In this document: positions 8,149 to 17,917 of the stretch, piece after piece
Numbering within the stretch: the stretch's first letter is position 1
Layout of the letters: each line of letters begins with the position of its first letter
DNA from: an uncultured bacterium
Lineage (GTDB): Bacteria > Patescibacteriota > Minisyncoccia > UBA6257 > 2-01-FULL-56-20
Reading direction: 5' to 3'
Assembly: GCA_963707865.1 (NCBI GenBank)
Contig: OY970175.1
Span: 822,028 to 886,027, forward strand
Length of the DNA: 64,000 bases
Notes under the pieces: model-generated
The model's input: only the letters and a program-made list of their open reading frames with translations
Databases searched by the model: none
What the model was told of the DNA's origin: nothing
Program-made: the position numbers and the translations under genes

Positions 8149-9084
8149 TTATTTTCTTCTCCTCCCGTGGAAAGCCTGGTGCACTTCGCGGAGGGCTTTG
8201 TTCGTGAGGTGGGTGTAGATCTGTGTGGTTGAAATGTTTGCGTGGCCGAGGAGTTCCTGGACGGAGCGGATGTCGGCGCCGTTCATAAGGAGATCGGTCG
8301 CGTAACAATGCCGAAGCTGGTGCGCATGGACGTGCTTTGCGATGCCGGCTTGCCGCGCGCGCGCGGAGACGAGTCGCTGCACGGCGCGCGGCGTTACGCG
8401 CCCAATCACTTTTCCGGATTTATTCAAGCTTACAAAAAGCGCCTCATCCGCGTCGCTGCGTTTTGCAAGATATTTTTGAATAGCGTCGCGCGCAGAATCG
8501 GAGACGAAAACGACGCGCAGCTTGTCGCCTTTACCGCGCACGGTGACCTCGCCGCGTTTCAGATCCAAGTAGCGGCTTAAGGAGCATAGTTCGGCTAACC
8601 GCAGGCCCGTAGAGAAGAACGTTTCCAGGATCGCTTTGTCACGAAGCGAGCGGAGGTCGTTGCCTTTGGGCGCAGCGAGCAAACGCTCCAGGTCGCCGTA
8701 TTCAAGTACTTCTATTTGCCGCGACGGCGTTTTGGGAAGCTCTATTTTTTCCGCCGCGAGCGTTTTCACGTCGCGCCTTGCCAAATATTTTAAAAAGTTC
8801 CGGAGCGCGATCACATAATAGCTTTGTGTGACCTTTTTGATCGCCGCGCCGTCACTCCCGCGCTCGCGGCGGGCGAGCGCGAGACGGAATTCGCGCACCG
8901 CGTCGTCCGTGATGTCCGCCGGCCTCCGCACTTTGGAAAATTTCAGGAACTCGTTCAGATAATGTTCGTAATTTTCCCGCGTCTTCGGCGAGCGGTTCTT
9001 TTCTATCTCAAGATAGTTCAAATAATCCCTAAGCAACTTTTCAATTTCGGTCACGGCTTTATTATACCCCCTCGTGTCGCACAA
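8149..9084 (-). CDS. tyrosine recombinase / integrase (XerC/XerD-like)
   Basis: 311 aa. N-terminal core-binding domain (LRDYLNYLEIEKNRSPKTRENYEHYL). C-terminal catalytic motifs ...R...HQLRHCYATDLLMNGADIRSVQELLGHANISTTQIYTHL (R-H-R-Y). Stop codon is 3 nt from the tRNA-Leu 3' end. Confidence 0.8.
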   Translation of the reverse strand: MCDTRGYNKAVTEIEKLLRDYLNYLEIEKNRSPKTRENYEHYLNEFLKFSKVRRPADITDDAVREFRLALARRERGSDGAAIKKVTQSYYVIALRNFLKYLARRDVKTLAAEKIELPKTPSRQIEVLEYGDLERLLAAPKGNDLRSLRDKAILETFFSTGLRLAELCSLSRYLDLKRGEVTVRGKGDKLRVVFVSDSARDAIQKYLAKRSDADEALFVSLNKSGKVIGRVTPRAVQRLVSARARQAGIAKHVHAHQLRHCYATDLLMNGADIRSVQELLGHANISTTQIYTHLTNKALREVHQAFHGRRRK

Positions 9085-9133
9085 TAAAGACTTGCGCTAG
9101 CAAAGCAATTTTGTTATAATCGTAATAATCACA

Positions 9134-11425
9134 ATGAGCCAGGAATCCACCAGCGGAACAATCCCTACGCCCGCGGAAGAGCCAAAAAAGGAAGCAGGGG
9201 AAGTACGGCCGCGATATAAAATAGTAGCTGGCTCCGAGGAAGAGCCATCTATCCGCTTGCTGGGGTTTTCGGAGGGAGCAACAGAGACGCCGGCGGAGCG
9301 CGCAGCGCGCGAAGCAGAAGAAAAACTGGAAAAGGATCTTACGACTGCCCGCGACGAGTATGCAAAAATAAGCCGTGAATTCAAGAAATCTGGCAATGGA
9401 GACAAGAAGGCGCTGGAGGAGGCGCAGAAAAAGTATTCTGAGGCACGGAGGGATGAGCTTGAACACAGGCTGGGATTTTTTGAAGAGACGTTTGACGAAG
9501 AAGTTAAGCGTGGCACATTCAAGGCAGAAGACAGGAAAAAAGAAATTGCGAGATTTACCAAGTTTGGTTTGGTGAATGAATTCAAGCAGCTCTACGACGC
9601 AAAAACGAATCTGGAGATCGCCGAGAAAAAAGAAACCATTGCGAACAGGATCGGCAAAGCGGCATACCGGGCTTTTGATTGGTATCGGAAGCTCCCGGCT
9701 TGGAAAAAGGTTACTGCAGGTGTTGCGCTTATGGGGGTTGGTTGGGCCGGCGGCGCAACTGCGGTGGTAGCCGCATCCGTTGCGGGCGCAAGCACGGCCA
9801 TGAGACTGATGGGCTCGGGAGGTATGACGCTCACCATAGAAGCCCTCTTGAAGAAAAGGGATGAAAGGAAGCTTGCGAGAGAGATCGGTAAGGCACTTAA
9901 TGTTGGGGAAGGGGTTGATACGGCGCTCCAAAGTGCACGGGAAGGGAAAACCGCAGCGGCGCTGACCGAATTTTTGAAAGCAAACGATGCGCAATTATTG
10001 GACCGTTATGCGGACAACGAAGAAATATTCAGAAAGAGGGAGGGGGCATTAAGAAAGAGAAGGTGGTTAATCTCTGCCGCGGGAGGTGCGGCGATGTTCG
10101 CGGGCGGGTTGGCCCTTAGCAAGCTTATACATGGCTCTGGCGGGCATGGGGCGACGACTGGGCATGCGCCCGGATCCGCCGCGGGCGCTCCGAAAGTGGA
10201 AGTGGTCATAGGAGACCAAGTGGAGATGAAGGACACCGTTTGGAATTCCTGCAGAATCTTGCTGAACCAGCAAGGGATTGCGCACCCGACGCCGAGTGAG
10301 ATTATGCAGGTTGCAGAGCAGGTAGCGAAGGATAATCATGTCGGCGTGGCTCCGTGGAACATCCCTGGGAGTTCACTGGATGTTGCCATGAAACAAGGGG
10401 AGCATCTCAAGCTGACAAAGATGGTAGGTGGGCTTGTGAAGGAAATTGTTGCGAAGCATGCTGGGGCGCCATCACACGGAGTCCATGCACTTGGCAACGA
10501 AGTCGTGCCGCATCCCGCACACGAAGTCTCGTCGATACCTCCGTCGCCGCATGCGCCTGATGTTCCTATTTCTCATCCCGCAGAAGCAACCGCGCATGTG
10601 AGCGGCGAATCTGCCGCCGCCAATGTTCCGCACGTCCACGAAGCCGCATCACCGGCGGCCCCACTGGCAGGAGATCAGGGTTGGCATCACTTCAGCCATC
10701 AGCAGGGAGAACATCCATTCACTGGAACGCACGGAAAGGTACCTGCACCACCCGCGCCGGACGCGGCCGCGAACGCGCAAATGAATACCGTGGATAATTT
10801 TTTCAGCGTGCCGCATTCGCTTCAGGATGAGATTGGGTTCTTGAATTCACATGCGCATGATTTCAGCCACGAAGCGTTGGGAAGAGCCAGGGACGCCGTA
10901 TTCAACGATCAGAGCTTTGATTTTTCGCGCCGATACAATTTTCTAGAGCAACAGGAAGCCCTCACAAGGATGCACGAAATCGTTGCAAAGGCCACCGACC
11001 CTTCACTCCGGGATTGGTACCAGGGAATGGCGAATGCCTTGGAGCACGGTGCTGCCTACCAACACTCCGAAGGGGTTTTTCGGGAAATGCTTGGCCGCGC
11101 CGGCATGAACGCCAAAGAGTACGGTGACGTGAAAAACATGACGGTTGGCAAATTCCTTGGGCACCACCGATGGCACAGCATAGCCGACTGGTTCAAATCC
11201 CCCTATGCCGTGGCTGACCCCACGCATCCGCAGACGTACGTATACCGAGGATGGGGGGGCGTCCGGGCCACGACCGTTCCTGGGGCTACTCCGGAAAGAA
11301 TCTATCATTCCAGATTACTTGCGGAAGAAATGCGGCAGTGGTTTTTGACCAGGGCTTCCTCCACCGATTACAAAAACCTTACCGTGGACGAATGCCTGAA
11401 GACGATGATCGGGCCAGAATCGTAG
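9134..11425 (+). CDS. large hypothetical membrane protein (coiled-coil N-term, two hydrophobic segments, His-rich region, C-terminal globular domain)
   Basis: 763 aa. Charged coiled-coil N-terminus. Gly/Ala-rich TM segments (VALMGVGWAGGATAVVAASVAGA; LISAAGGAAMFAGGLAL). His-rich stretch (HPAHEV...HVHEA...WHHFSHQQGEHPF). No family recognised. Confidence 0.5.
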   Translation: MSQESTSGTIPTPAEEPKKEAGEVRPRYKIVAGSEEEPSIRLLGFSEGATETPAERAAREAEEKLEKDLTTARDEYAKISREFKKSGNGDKKALEEAQKKYSEARRDELEHRLGFFEETFDEEVKRGTFKAEDRKKEIARFTKFGLVNEFKQLYDAKTNLEIAEKKETIANRIGKAAYRAFDWYRKLPAWKKVTAGVALMGVGWAGGATAVVAASVAGASTAMRLMGSGGMTLTIEALLKKRDERKLAREIGKALNVGEGVDTALQSAREGKTAAALTEFLKANDAQLLDRYADNEEIFRKREGALRKRRWLISAAGGAAMFAGGLALSKLIHGSGGHGATTGHAPGSAAGAPKVEVVIGDQVEMKDTVWNSCRILLNQQGIAHPTPSEIMQVAEQVAKDNHVGVAPWNIPGSSLDVAMKQGEHLKLTKMVGGLVKEIVAKHAGAPSHGVHALGNEVVPHPAHEVSSIPPSPHAPDVPISHPAEATAHVSGESAAANVPHVHEAASPAAPLAGDQGWHHFSHQQGEHPFTGTHGKVPAPPAPDAAANAQMNTVDNFFSVPHSLQDEIGFLNSHAHDFSHEALGRARDAVFNDQSFDFSRRYNFLEQQEALTRMHEIVAKATDPSLRDWYQGMANALEHGAAYQHSEGVFREMLGRAGMNAKEYGDVKNMTVGKFLGHHRWHSIADWFKSPYAVADPTHPQTYVYRGWGGVRATTVPGATPERIYHSRLLAEEMRQWFLTRASSTDYKNLTVDECLKTMIGPES

Positions 11426-11467
11426 CACGGTGAACTACATAACGCGCGAAATGGTATAATAGAAACC

Positions 11468-11761
11468 ATGAGAGACCTTATAAAAGAACTTGGCATAGAA
11501 GAATTGACGCAGGAAGAAAAAGACGAAGTGCTTACACGACTCACCGACTCGCTTCTCCAGCGGCTCATCCTTCGTGTGTATGACAAGCTGGATGAGGAAC
11601 ATCAGAAAGAATTTGACAAACTCACCGACGAAGGCGATGTAGGAAAGATTAATACTTTTCTAGGACAGAATGTGCCCGACCTTGATGAGATAAGGGACCG
11701 CGAGCTGGACGAGCTCGTTTTGGAAATGAAGGATTTCATGGCTGCGGCCGCGAAAAGATAA
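11468..11761 (+). CDS. small acidic hypothetical protein
   Basis: 97 aa, Glu/Asp-rich (EELTQEEKDEV...DEEHQKEFDKLTDEGD). Confidence 0.45.
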   Translation: MRDLIKELGIEELTQEEKDEVLTRLTDSLLQRLILRVYDKLDEEHQKEFDKLTDEGDVGKINTFLGQNVPDLDEIRDRELDELVLEMKDFMAAAAKR

Positions 11762-11820
11762 TCCCTCACGCGTAGCGCGAGGCGTTGTGTTTTTCCCGTG
11801 TGCGCAGTATTATATATTCA

Positions 11821-12087
11821 ATGCTTACGAAACGCGTAAAATCCCGCATCATCGGGGAGCACGGCGAACACAGCAAGGACACGGGTTCGGCGCAGGTGCA
11901 GGTCGCGATGCTTTCACGCCAGATTGACGAGCTCGCGTTGCATCTGAAGAAAAATCCAAAAGATAACCACTCGCGCAGGGGACTTTTGAAAATGGTTTCC
12001 AAACGCAGGAAGCTACTGTCCTACCTCCAAAAGCGCGAACCATCCGAATACGGAAAGTTGATAAAGAAACTTGAACTTAAACGATAA
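11821..12087 (+). CDS. rpsO: 30S ribosomal protein S15
   Basis: MLTKRVKSRIIGEHGEHSKDTGSAQVQVAMLSRQIDELALHLKKNPKDNHSRRGLLKMVSKRRKLLSYL is a classic S15 sequence. Confidence 0.9.
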   Translation: MLTKRVKSRIIGEHGEHSKDTGSAQVQVAMLSRQIDELALHLKKNPKDNHSRRGLLKMVSKRRKLLSYLQKREPSEYGKLIKKLELKR

Positions 12088-12716
12088 TGAAAATTGATAC
12101 GCGATATTCCAACCAGCGGGTTGGGATTTTTGTTGATGTGCAGAACCTCTATCATTCCGCGAAGAACCTCTATCGCGGCCGCGTGAACTATACGGAGCTC
12201 AAAAAATACCTCGTGGGCGACCGGCAGTTGATCCGCGCGATGGCGTATGTGGTGAAAAGTGAGGGGGTTGAGCCCCAGCACTTCGGGCCCCGGCCGGAGC
12301 GGTACGAAGCGGAACCGGGCGTGCGCCCGACACTCCGGACGGGACGCGTGGTGCGTGCTGCGGAAGAGAACAGCGAGCTTTCTTCTGAAAGCGCGTTCTT
12401 TGAGGCGCTTACGAAAGCGGGATTTGAGCTCCGGATGAAAGACCTTCAAATCTATGCCGGAGGCATGAAGAAGGCGGACTGGGACGTAGGGATGGCGGTG
12501 GACGCGATCAGAATGGCGTCGTTTTTAGACGTGGTCATACTTGTGACGGGCGACGGCGATTTTATTCCGCTTGTGGATTATCTTAAATGGGGCGCCGGTC
12601 GGTTTGTTGAAGTGGCTGCGTTCCGCCGGAGCGCGTCTTCAAAAATACAGGAGGCTGCCGACCACTTTATAAACATTGAGGAAATTCCGAGGGCTATCAT
12701 GAAGTCGCGCATATAG
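12087..12716 (+). CDS. NYN-domain (LabA-like, PIN-fold) predicted ribonuclease
   Basis: VGIFVDVQNLY ... DVVILVTGDGDFIPLV carries the NYN/PIN acidic motifs. The start codon overlaps the rpsO stop (taATGa). Confidence 0.65.
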   Translation: MKIDTRYSNQRVGIFVDVQNLYHSAKNLYRGRVNYTELKKYLVGDRQLIRAMAYVVKSEGVEPQHFGPRPERYEAEPGVRPTLRTGRVVRAAEENSELSSESAFFEALTKAGFELRMKDLQIYAGGMKKADWDVGMAVDAIRMASFLDVVILVTGDGDFIPLVDYLKWGAGRFVEVAAFRRSASSKIQEAADHFINIEEIPRAIMKSRI

Positions 12717-12735
12717 CATATTCATCATTAAAACT

Positions 12736-14841
12736 ATGTTAAACAAAAAACAGTTCTCGATTGACGTTGCCGGAAAAACGCTCACGATAGAAATTTCAGC
12801 GCTTGCCGAACAGGCGAACGCCGCCGTGCTCGCGAAATACGGCGAGACGGTGGTCCTCGCGACTGCGGTTATGACGCGGAAGGAGGCGTCCACCGATTAT
12901 CTTCCGCTCAAAGTGGATTACGAAGAGAAATTTTACGCGGCAGGGAAGATCATCGGCAGCAGGTTCATCCGCCGCGAAGGGCGCTCTTCGGAAGAGGCGA
13001 TCCTTGCGGGACGGCTTGTTGATCGCACGATCCGGCCGCTCTTTGATAGTCGCGTCCGGCACGAGATCCAGGTGGTCGTGACGGTGCTCCAGATTGATGA
13101 AGAAAACGATCCGGAATTTGTGGGGCTCTTGGGCGCATCCACCGCGCTTCTTATATCCGACATTCCGTGGAATGGGCCCGTGGCGGGAGTGCGCGTTGCG
13201 CACGTCGGCAACGAGTTCAAGATGAATCCCGACAACTCATATATTACTGCGAATCCGCCGACGTTTGACGCTTTTGTTTCGGGCACAAAGGACAGGATCA
13301 ATATGATGGAGCTCGGCGGCCTGGACGCAGAGGAGAGCGACATTGCGCGCGGGATAACGCTCGCGCAACAGGAGATCAATCACCTCGTGGAGTTCCAGGA
13401 AAAGATCCGGAAAGAAATCGGGAAAGAAAAAGTTGTCGTTGCCATCTCCGAACCGGATGAAGAGTTGAAGAGCGCGGTCAGTACGTATCTGGCGGATAAG
13501 CTTGAGGCTGCGGTCTTCCGTCCGAGCAAAATGGAACAACAGAGCGAGATCGGCAAATTAAAAACAGAATTTTTCCTACACCTCAAAGAAACATTTGAGG
13601 CGAAGGAAAAAGAAGTGAACTGGAAAGCAGCCGATTTCCTCTTTGAGGAAGAGATTAATGACCTCGTGCACCGCGAGACGCTTACAAAGGAGCGGCGTCC
13701 CGACGGAAGGAAGTTGGACGAACTGCGCGCACTGGACGGCGAAGTGGCGCTTTTCTCCCGCACGCACGGCTCGGCGCTCTTCGTGCGCGGGAATACGCAG
13801 GCTCTTGCGGTCACGACGCTTGCGGCGCCGGGCGCAGAACAGATGATTGAAACGATGGAGACGACGGCGAAGCGCCGGTTCATGCTGCACTACAATTTTC
13901 CGCCGTTCTCGGTAGGGGAGGTGGGCACGTTCCGCGGACCGGGCCGTCGCGAGATCGGCCACGGGAACCTTGCGCGCAAATCGCTTGAGCGACTGATGCC
14001 GACGAAAGAGGAATTTCCCTATACGATCCGCGTGGTCTCGGAGATCATGTCTTCCAACGGCTCGTCTTCCATGGCAACCGTCTGCGCATCGTCCTTGTCA
14101 CTCATGGATGCCGGCGTGCCAATTAAAAAACCGGCGGCGGGCATCGCAATGGGTTTGATGATGAAAGACGTGAATAATTACAAAATTCTCACGGACATCC
14201 AAGGACCGGAGGATCACCACGGCGACATGGACTTCAAGGTTGCGGGAACGATGGACGGCGTGACTGGCATGCAGATGGACATCAAAGTAGACGGGCTCAC
14301 GGTGGAAATTCTGGAAAAAACGATGATGCAGGCGAAGAAAGCACGACTCCAAATTTTGGATGTTATGAAGGGCGTGATTGCTGCCCCGCGCGAAAAGTTG
14401 TCGCCGTACGTGCCAACCATCAGGCAGCTCAAGATTGCGACGGACAAGATTGGCGCAGTCATCGGCCCAGGCGGAAAAGTTATCAATGGCCTCATTGAGA
14501 AATACGGTCTTGCAGGGATTGATATTGATGATGACGGCGGCGTATTCGTTTCGGGAACCGACCTCGCGAAGGTGGAGGCGGCGGTCGCGGAAATAAAAGG
14601 CATTGCGCGTGAATTCAAAGTGGGCGAGATCGTGGAAGGGACTGTAATAAAAACGCTTGAATTCGGCGCGATCGTGGACCTCGGCGGCGGCAAGGACGGC
14701 ATGATCCACGTTTCCGAGCTGAAGAACGGCTTTGTGAAGAAGGTGGAGGATGTGGTGAAGGTCGGGGACTTTGTCCGCGCAAAGATCATAAGCACGGACG
14801 ATAGCGGTCACGTCCGATTGTCCATAAAACAGCTGCAATAG
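12736..14841 (+). CDS. pnp: polynucleotide phosphorylase (PNPase)
   Basis: 701 aa. Two RNase-PH-like halves (GKIIGSRFIRREGRSSEEAILAGRLVDRTIRPLF; FMLHYNFPPFSVGE...GRREIGHG), then KH (IGAVIGPGGKVINGL) and S1 (FKVGEIVEGTVIKTLEFGAIVDL) domains. Confidence 0.9.
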   Translation: MLNKKQFSIDVAGKTLTIEISALAEQANAAVLAKYGETVVLATAVMTRKEASTDYLPLKVDYEEKFYAAGKIIGSRFIRREGRSSEEAILAGRLVDRTIRPLFDSRVRHEIQVVVTVLQIDEENDPEFVGLLGASTALLISDIPWNGPVAGVRVAHVGNEFKMNPDNSYITANPPTFDAFVSGTKDRINMMELGGLDAEESDIARGITLAQQEINHLVEFQEKIRKEIGKEKVVVAISEPDEELKSAVSTYLADKLEAAVFRPSKMEQQSEIGKLKTEFFLHLKETFEAKEKEVNWKAADFLFEEEINDLVHRETLTKERRPDGRKLDELRALDGEVALFSRTHGSALFVRGNTQALAVTTLAAPGAEQMIETMETTAKRRFMLHYNFPPFSVGEVGTFRGPGRREIGHGNLARKSLERLMPTKEEFPYTIRVVSEIMSSNGSSSMATVCASSLSLMDAGVPIKKPAAGIAMGLMMKDVNNYKILTDIQGPEDHHGDMDFKVAGTMDGVTGMQMDIKVDGLTVEILEKTMMQAKKARLQILDVMKGVIAAPREKLSPYVPTIRQLKIATDKIGAVIGPGGKVINGLIEKYGLAGIDIDDDGGVFVSGTDLAKVEAAVAEIKGIAREFKVGEIVEGTVIKTLEFGAIVDLGGGKDGMIHVSELKNGFVKKVEDVVKVGDFVRAKIISTDDSGHVRLSIKQLQ

Positions 14842-14847
14842 CACGCG

Positions 14848-14871
14848 CCGCCCACGGGGCGGAGCGTTTTT
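14848..14871 (+). terminator. rho-independent terminator after pnp
   Basis: ccgcccacggggcgg hairpin + gcgttttta. Confidence 0.5.
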
Positions 14872-14892
14872 ATTCGTGCTAAAATAGAGCAG

Positions 14893-15951
14893 ATGGAAGG
14901 ATCTCTCAACAACGCGCCGTTATCGCCACCTTCGCCGTTCCCCGAAGTTCCCTCGGCGCCACCTCCGCCGCCGGAGGTACAAGTGCGCACGATGCGCTCC
15001 GACCTGGAATCAATGGCAAAAAGCGGCGGAGGTTCGCCGCGTTTCCGAATTGTGAAAGCGGCAGGACTCGCGATGGAAAATAATTCTGTCTCGAGAGCGG
15101 TGCGTGCAAAAAAGGAAAAAGCCCTTATCATTGCGCTTGTCGCCGTCGCGGTCGCTGCAGTAGTAGCATGTATCGGCTATTTCGCGTACCCGGCATTTTT
15201 CTCCGGTTCCACGGCACCGCAGCAGCCGCCGCAACAACCGACGCAGTCCGGTGCCAGCGCGGGCGCCTCGGCGGCTCAACCCAATGCTGCGACTACTACC
15301 GCGACCACTACTGTAACAAGCGTTGCGACAAGCACCCCCGCGGCGACGGCATCCTCCGCCCAAAACTCATCCTTCAAAGAACCCGCGGACCAGGTTTTGA
15401 CGCTCGTACTCAGTGCGGGCGGAACGGTCACGAGCGCAGCCGACCTTCAAACATTCAATCAGAGACTCTCCGCGCTTCTTACGGCCGCGGACAAAAAATC
15501 AAACTTTATTGAAATTGACGCGAAGGGTGCGGACGGGCGTGATCTCGGCATCGCAGAAATTTTATCGCAGGCGAACGCAGAGATCATTAGTCCGACGCTT
15601 CTTGCCGCAAACTTTGATCCCGCCGCGGCCTTCTTTGTGTATCGCGACAAGAACGGTTTCTGGCCTGGCTATGTGCTTTCGCTCCAAACGGGGAAGAGTT
15701 GGCTGTTTTTGGAAAATGATGTGGCGAAATTGGAAACGTCGCCGAATATCGCCAATCTATTTCTCTATGACATTGGCGTGCTGCCCACGAGCGGCTTCGT
15801 GGGCGGAACAGTGGCGAACACGTCTGTGCGAGTGTTGCCGTTCCCGAGCGCAAACCCGTCCGCGAGCTTCGTGTATGGTTGGTATGGCGGGACCCGCCTC
15901 ATCGTGAGTACGTCGCTTGCAGGCTTTGCGCAGGCGGTGTCTCACCTTTAG
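14893..15951 (+). CDS. hypothetical membrane-anchored protein (Pro-rich N-term, single TM, Ala/Thr-rich linker, C-terminal domain)
   Basis: 352 aa. PPSPFPEVPSAPPPPPE, then TM LIIALVAVAVAAVVACIGYF, then a T/A-rich linker. No family recognised. Confidence 0.45.
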   Translation: MEGSLNNAPLSPPSPFPEVPSAPPPPPEVQVRTMRSDLESMAKSGGGSPRFRIVKAAGLAMENNSVSRAVRAKKEKALIIALVAVAVAAVVACIGYFAYPAFFSGSTAPQQPPQQPTQSGASAGASAAQPNAATTTATTTVTSVATSTPAATASSAQNSSFKEPADQVLTLVLSAGGTVTSAADLQTFNQRLSALLTAADKKSNFIEIDAKGADGRDLGIAEILSQANAEIISPTLLAANFDPAAAFFVYRDKNGFWPGYVLSLQTGKSWLFLENDVAKLETSPNIANLFLYDIGVLPTSGFVGGTVANTSVRVLPFPSANPSASFVYGWYGGTRLIVSTSLAGFAQAVSHL

Positions 15952-15981
15952 TCCGCCATGCGTGGCCTCGCTGCCTAGAAC

Positions 15982-17082
15982 CTACGAGTGTTTTGGATCC
16001 GTCTTCTCCATGTCTTCCACGACTTTTTTCTTGATCTCGTTCAAGAGTTTTTTGTCTTCTTTTAGTTTTAGGCGGACGTTATCAAACCCTGTGCCGAGCT
16101 TCTCCCCCTCAAACGTGAAACCCGCTCCTGATTTTTTGACGACACCGCGGTTCACGGCGGCGTTTAGGACATCGCTTTCGTAGGAGATTCCTTCGCCGAA
16201 CATGATGTCAAACTCGGCGGTCCGGAAGGGCGCCGCCACCTTGTTCTTCGCCACCTTTGCTCTCACGCGGTTGCCCACCACCACGTCCCCTTTCTTTACC
16301 TGCGCAATACGGCGGAGATCTATCCGCACCGAAGCCGCAAACTTGAGCGCCAATCCCCCCGGCGTCGTTTCCGGATTGCCGAACATGACGCCGATCTTCA
16401 TGCGGATCTGGTTGATAAAAATGATGAGCGTCTGACTTTGGCTTGCGATGGCGGTGAGCTTCCGCAAGGCCTGCGCCATCATGCGCGCCTGGCGTCCCAC
16501 GTGCTGCTCCCCCATTTCTCCTTCTATCTCCGCACGTGGCGTGAGCGCCGCCACGGAGTCCACGACGACGACCGAGATCATCTTGGAACGCACCAGGCTT
16601 TCCAGGATATTGAGCGCTTCTTCGCCGTTGTCCGGTTGGGAGATTAAGAGTTCGTTCACGCGGACGCCGAGCCGCGCCGCGTATTCCGGGTCCATCGCAT
16701 GCTCCGCGTCAATAAAGGCGCACCGTCCGCCCTGCTTTTGCGCCTGCGCGACGACGTTGAGGGCCAGTGTGGTTTTGCCGCTCGCCTCCTGGCCGTAGAT
16801 CTCAACGACCCTTCCGCGCGGCAGGCCGCCGACGCCAAGCGCGAGATCAAGCGAGAACGATCCCGTGGGGATCACCGCTACGTCTGCGCGGCTCACGTCG
16901 CCAAGCTTCATGATGGCGCCTTCGCCAAATTTTTCCTGGAGGGAAGAAAGAAGATTGTCCAGATCCTTCATGCCTTCGTCCTTTGCCACTTTCTTCGTTT
17001 CTTTTTCTTCTTTCGCGTTCACTAATTCTCTCGCGAGCTCGCCGTCTTTTTTTGCGGGCTCCGGTTTTTTTACTTGTGCCAT
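15982..17082 (-). CDS. recA: recombinase RecA
   Basis: [19 protein letters not shown] (Walker A), [50 protein letters not shown] are RecA hallmarks. Confidence 0.92.
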   Translation of the reverse strand: MAQVKKPEPAKKDGELARELVNAKEEKETKKVAKDEGMKDLDNLLSSLQEKFGEGAIMKLGDVSRADVAVIPTGSFSLDLALGVGGLPRGRVVEIYGQEASGKTTLALNVVAQAQKQGGRCAFIDAEHAMDPEYAARLGVRVNELLISQPDNGEEALNILESLVRSKMISVVVVDSVAALTPRAEIEGEMGEQHVGRQARMMAQALRKLTAIASQSQTLIIFINQIRMKIGVMFGNPETTPGGLALKFAASVRIDLRRIAQVKKGDVVVGNRVRAKVAKNKVAAPFRTAEFDIMFGEGISYESDVLNAAVNRGVVKKSGAGFTFEGEKLGTGFDNVRLKLKEDKKLLNEIKKKVVEDMEKTDPKHS

Positions 17083-17202
17083 GCCCTTATTATATCAGAG
17101 CCGGCATTAAATTCCTATTAAAGAATGCTTGACAGCGTTGCCTGCCGCGCAGCCATCAGTTGAAGTAGGTGCCAGTGGCGGGGATTTGCGGCGTGGAGTG
17201 GG

Positions 17203-17898
17203 TTAGTGGATCATAGGCAGCGTTCCGGAGACCGAGAGCGGCGTGTAAATGACCTCTTGCGTTACGTTGGTTTCGCCGCCAAGAAATTTTTTCGCGCTGA
17301 TCACAACACTATTGGGCCCCTCTCCCAAGGTCACCCCTTTTTCCCAGGAACCGTCGGGAGCTATGATGATTTCCTCGCTGCTTGAGGATCCGTTGCTTAC
17401 AAGGTAGAGTGCGTCGGCATTGCGTACCGTACCTTGGATCGTGAGAGTAGAGGAAGGGGTCACATAAGGATTTTCCGTAGGATACGTCACGGCGAGAATG
17501 GGTTTGCCGAAAATATAGGGAAACGCAAAGATGAAATATCCGGCGAGGATAACGATGAAAACGGCCGCGATCCACGCGGATTTCGGCACGCGGCTTCGGA
17601 CGAATCGGTTTCTCGGAAGCTCATCCGACACCCCTGCGTCTTTCATAGTATCTTCTTGTCCCAGTTTTTCCCACCATTCCTCGCCGTCAAAATCAAGCGT
17701 CCTGCCGATGCGGATGAGGTAACCGTGGAGATACGGTTTGGAGGGCATGTCGCTAAAATTGCCGTGGAAGAGATTTGCGAGATGCACGGGTGCGATGCCG
17801 GTGATCTCCGAAAGCTTCTTCAGTGAGATCCCCTTGCTACGAAGCCGTTCGGCAAGGAACTCCTGAAAGCTCATTTCGTTTTCGTGGTCGTGATTCAT
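17203..17898 (-). CDS. RodZ-like protein (N-terminal XRE-type HTH, single TM, C-terminal domain)
   Basis: HTH segment SFQEFLAERLRSKGISLKKLSEITGIAPVHLANLFHGNF, then TM (IAAVFIVILAGYFIFAF) and an extracellular domain, which is the RodZ architecture. Confidence 0.55.
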   Translation of the reverse strand: MNHDHENEMSFQEFLAERLRSKGISLKKLSEITGIAPVHLANLFHGNFSDMPSKPYLHGYLIRIGRTLDFDGEEWWEKLGQEDTMKDAGVSDELPRNRFVRSRVPKSAWIAAVFIVILAGYFIFAFPYIFGKPILAVTYPTENPYVTPSSTLTIQGTVRNADALYLVSNGSSSSEEIIIAPDGSWEKGVTLGEGPNSVVISAKKFLGGETNVTQEVIYTPLSVSGTLPMIH

Positions 17899-17917
17899 TG
17901 GTGCGCGTGCGGCTATG

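Noticed and set aside
8149-9084. Calling the tyrosine recombinase specifically a phage integrase
   Set aside because: Size (311 aa) and domain layout fit XerC/XerD just as well. Only the tRNA adjacency hints at an element, and no att repeat was found, so it is kept as a generic tyrosine recombinase.
12021-14844. Antisense ORFs inside pnp, rpsO and the NYN gene (for example 14098-14844 -, 12021-12449 -, 13380-13883 -)
   Set aside because: They lie opposite strongly supported conserved genes (PNPase, S15). Their compositions are Arg/His-rich and typical of antisense frames in GC-rich DNA.
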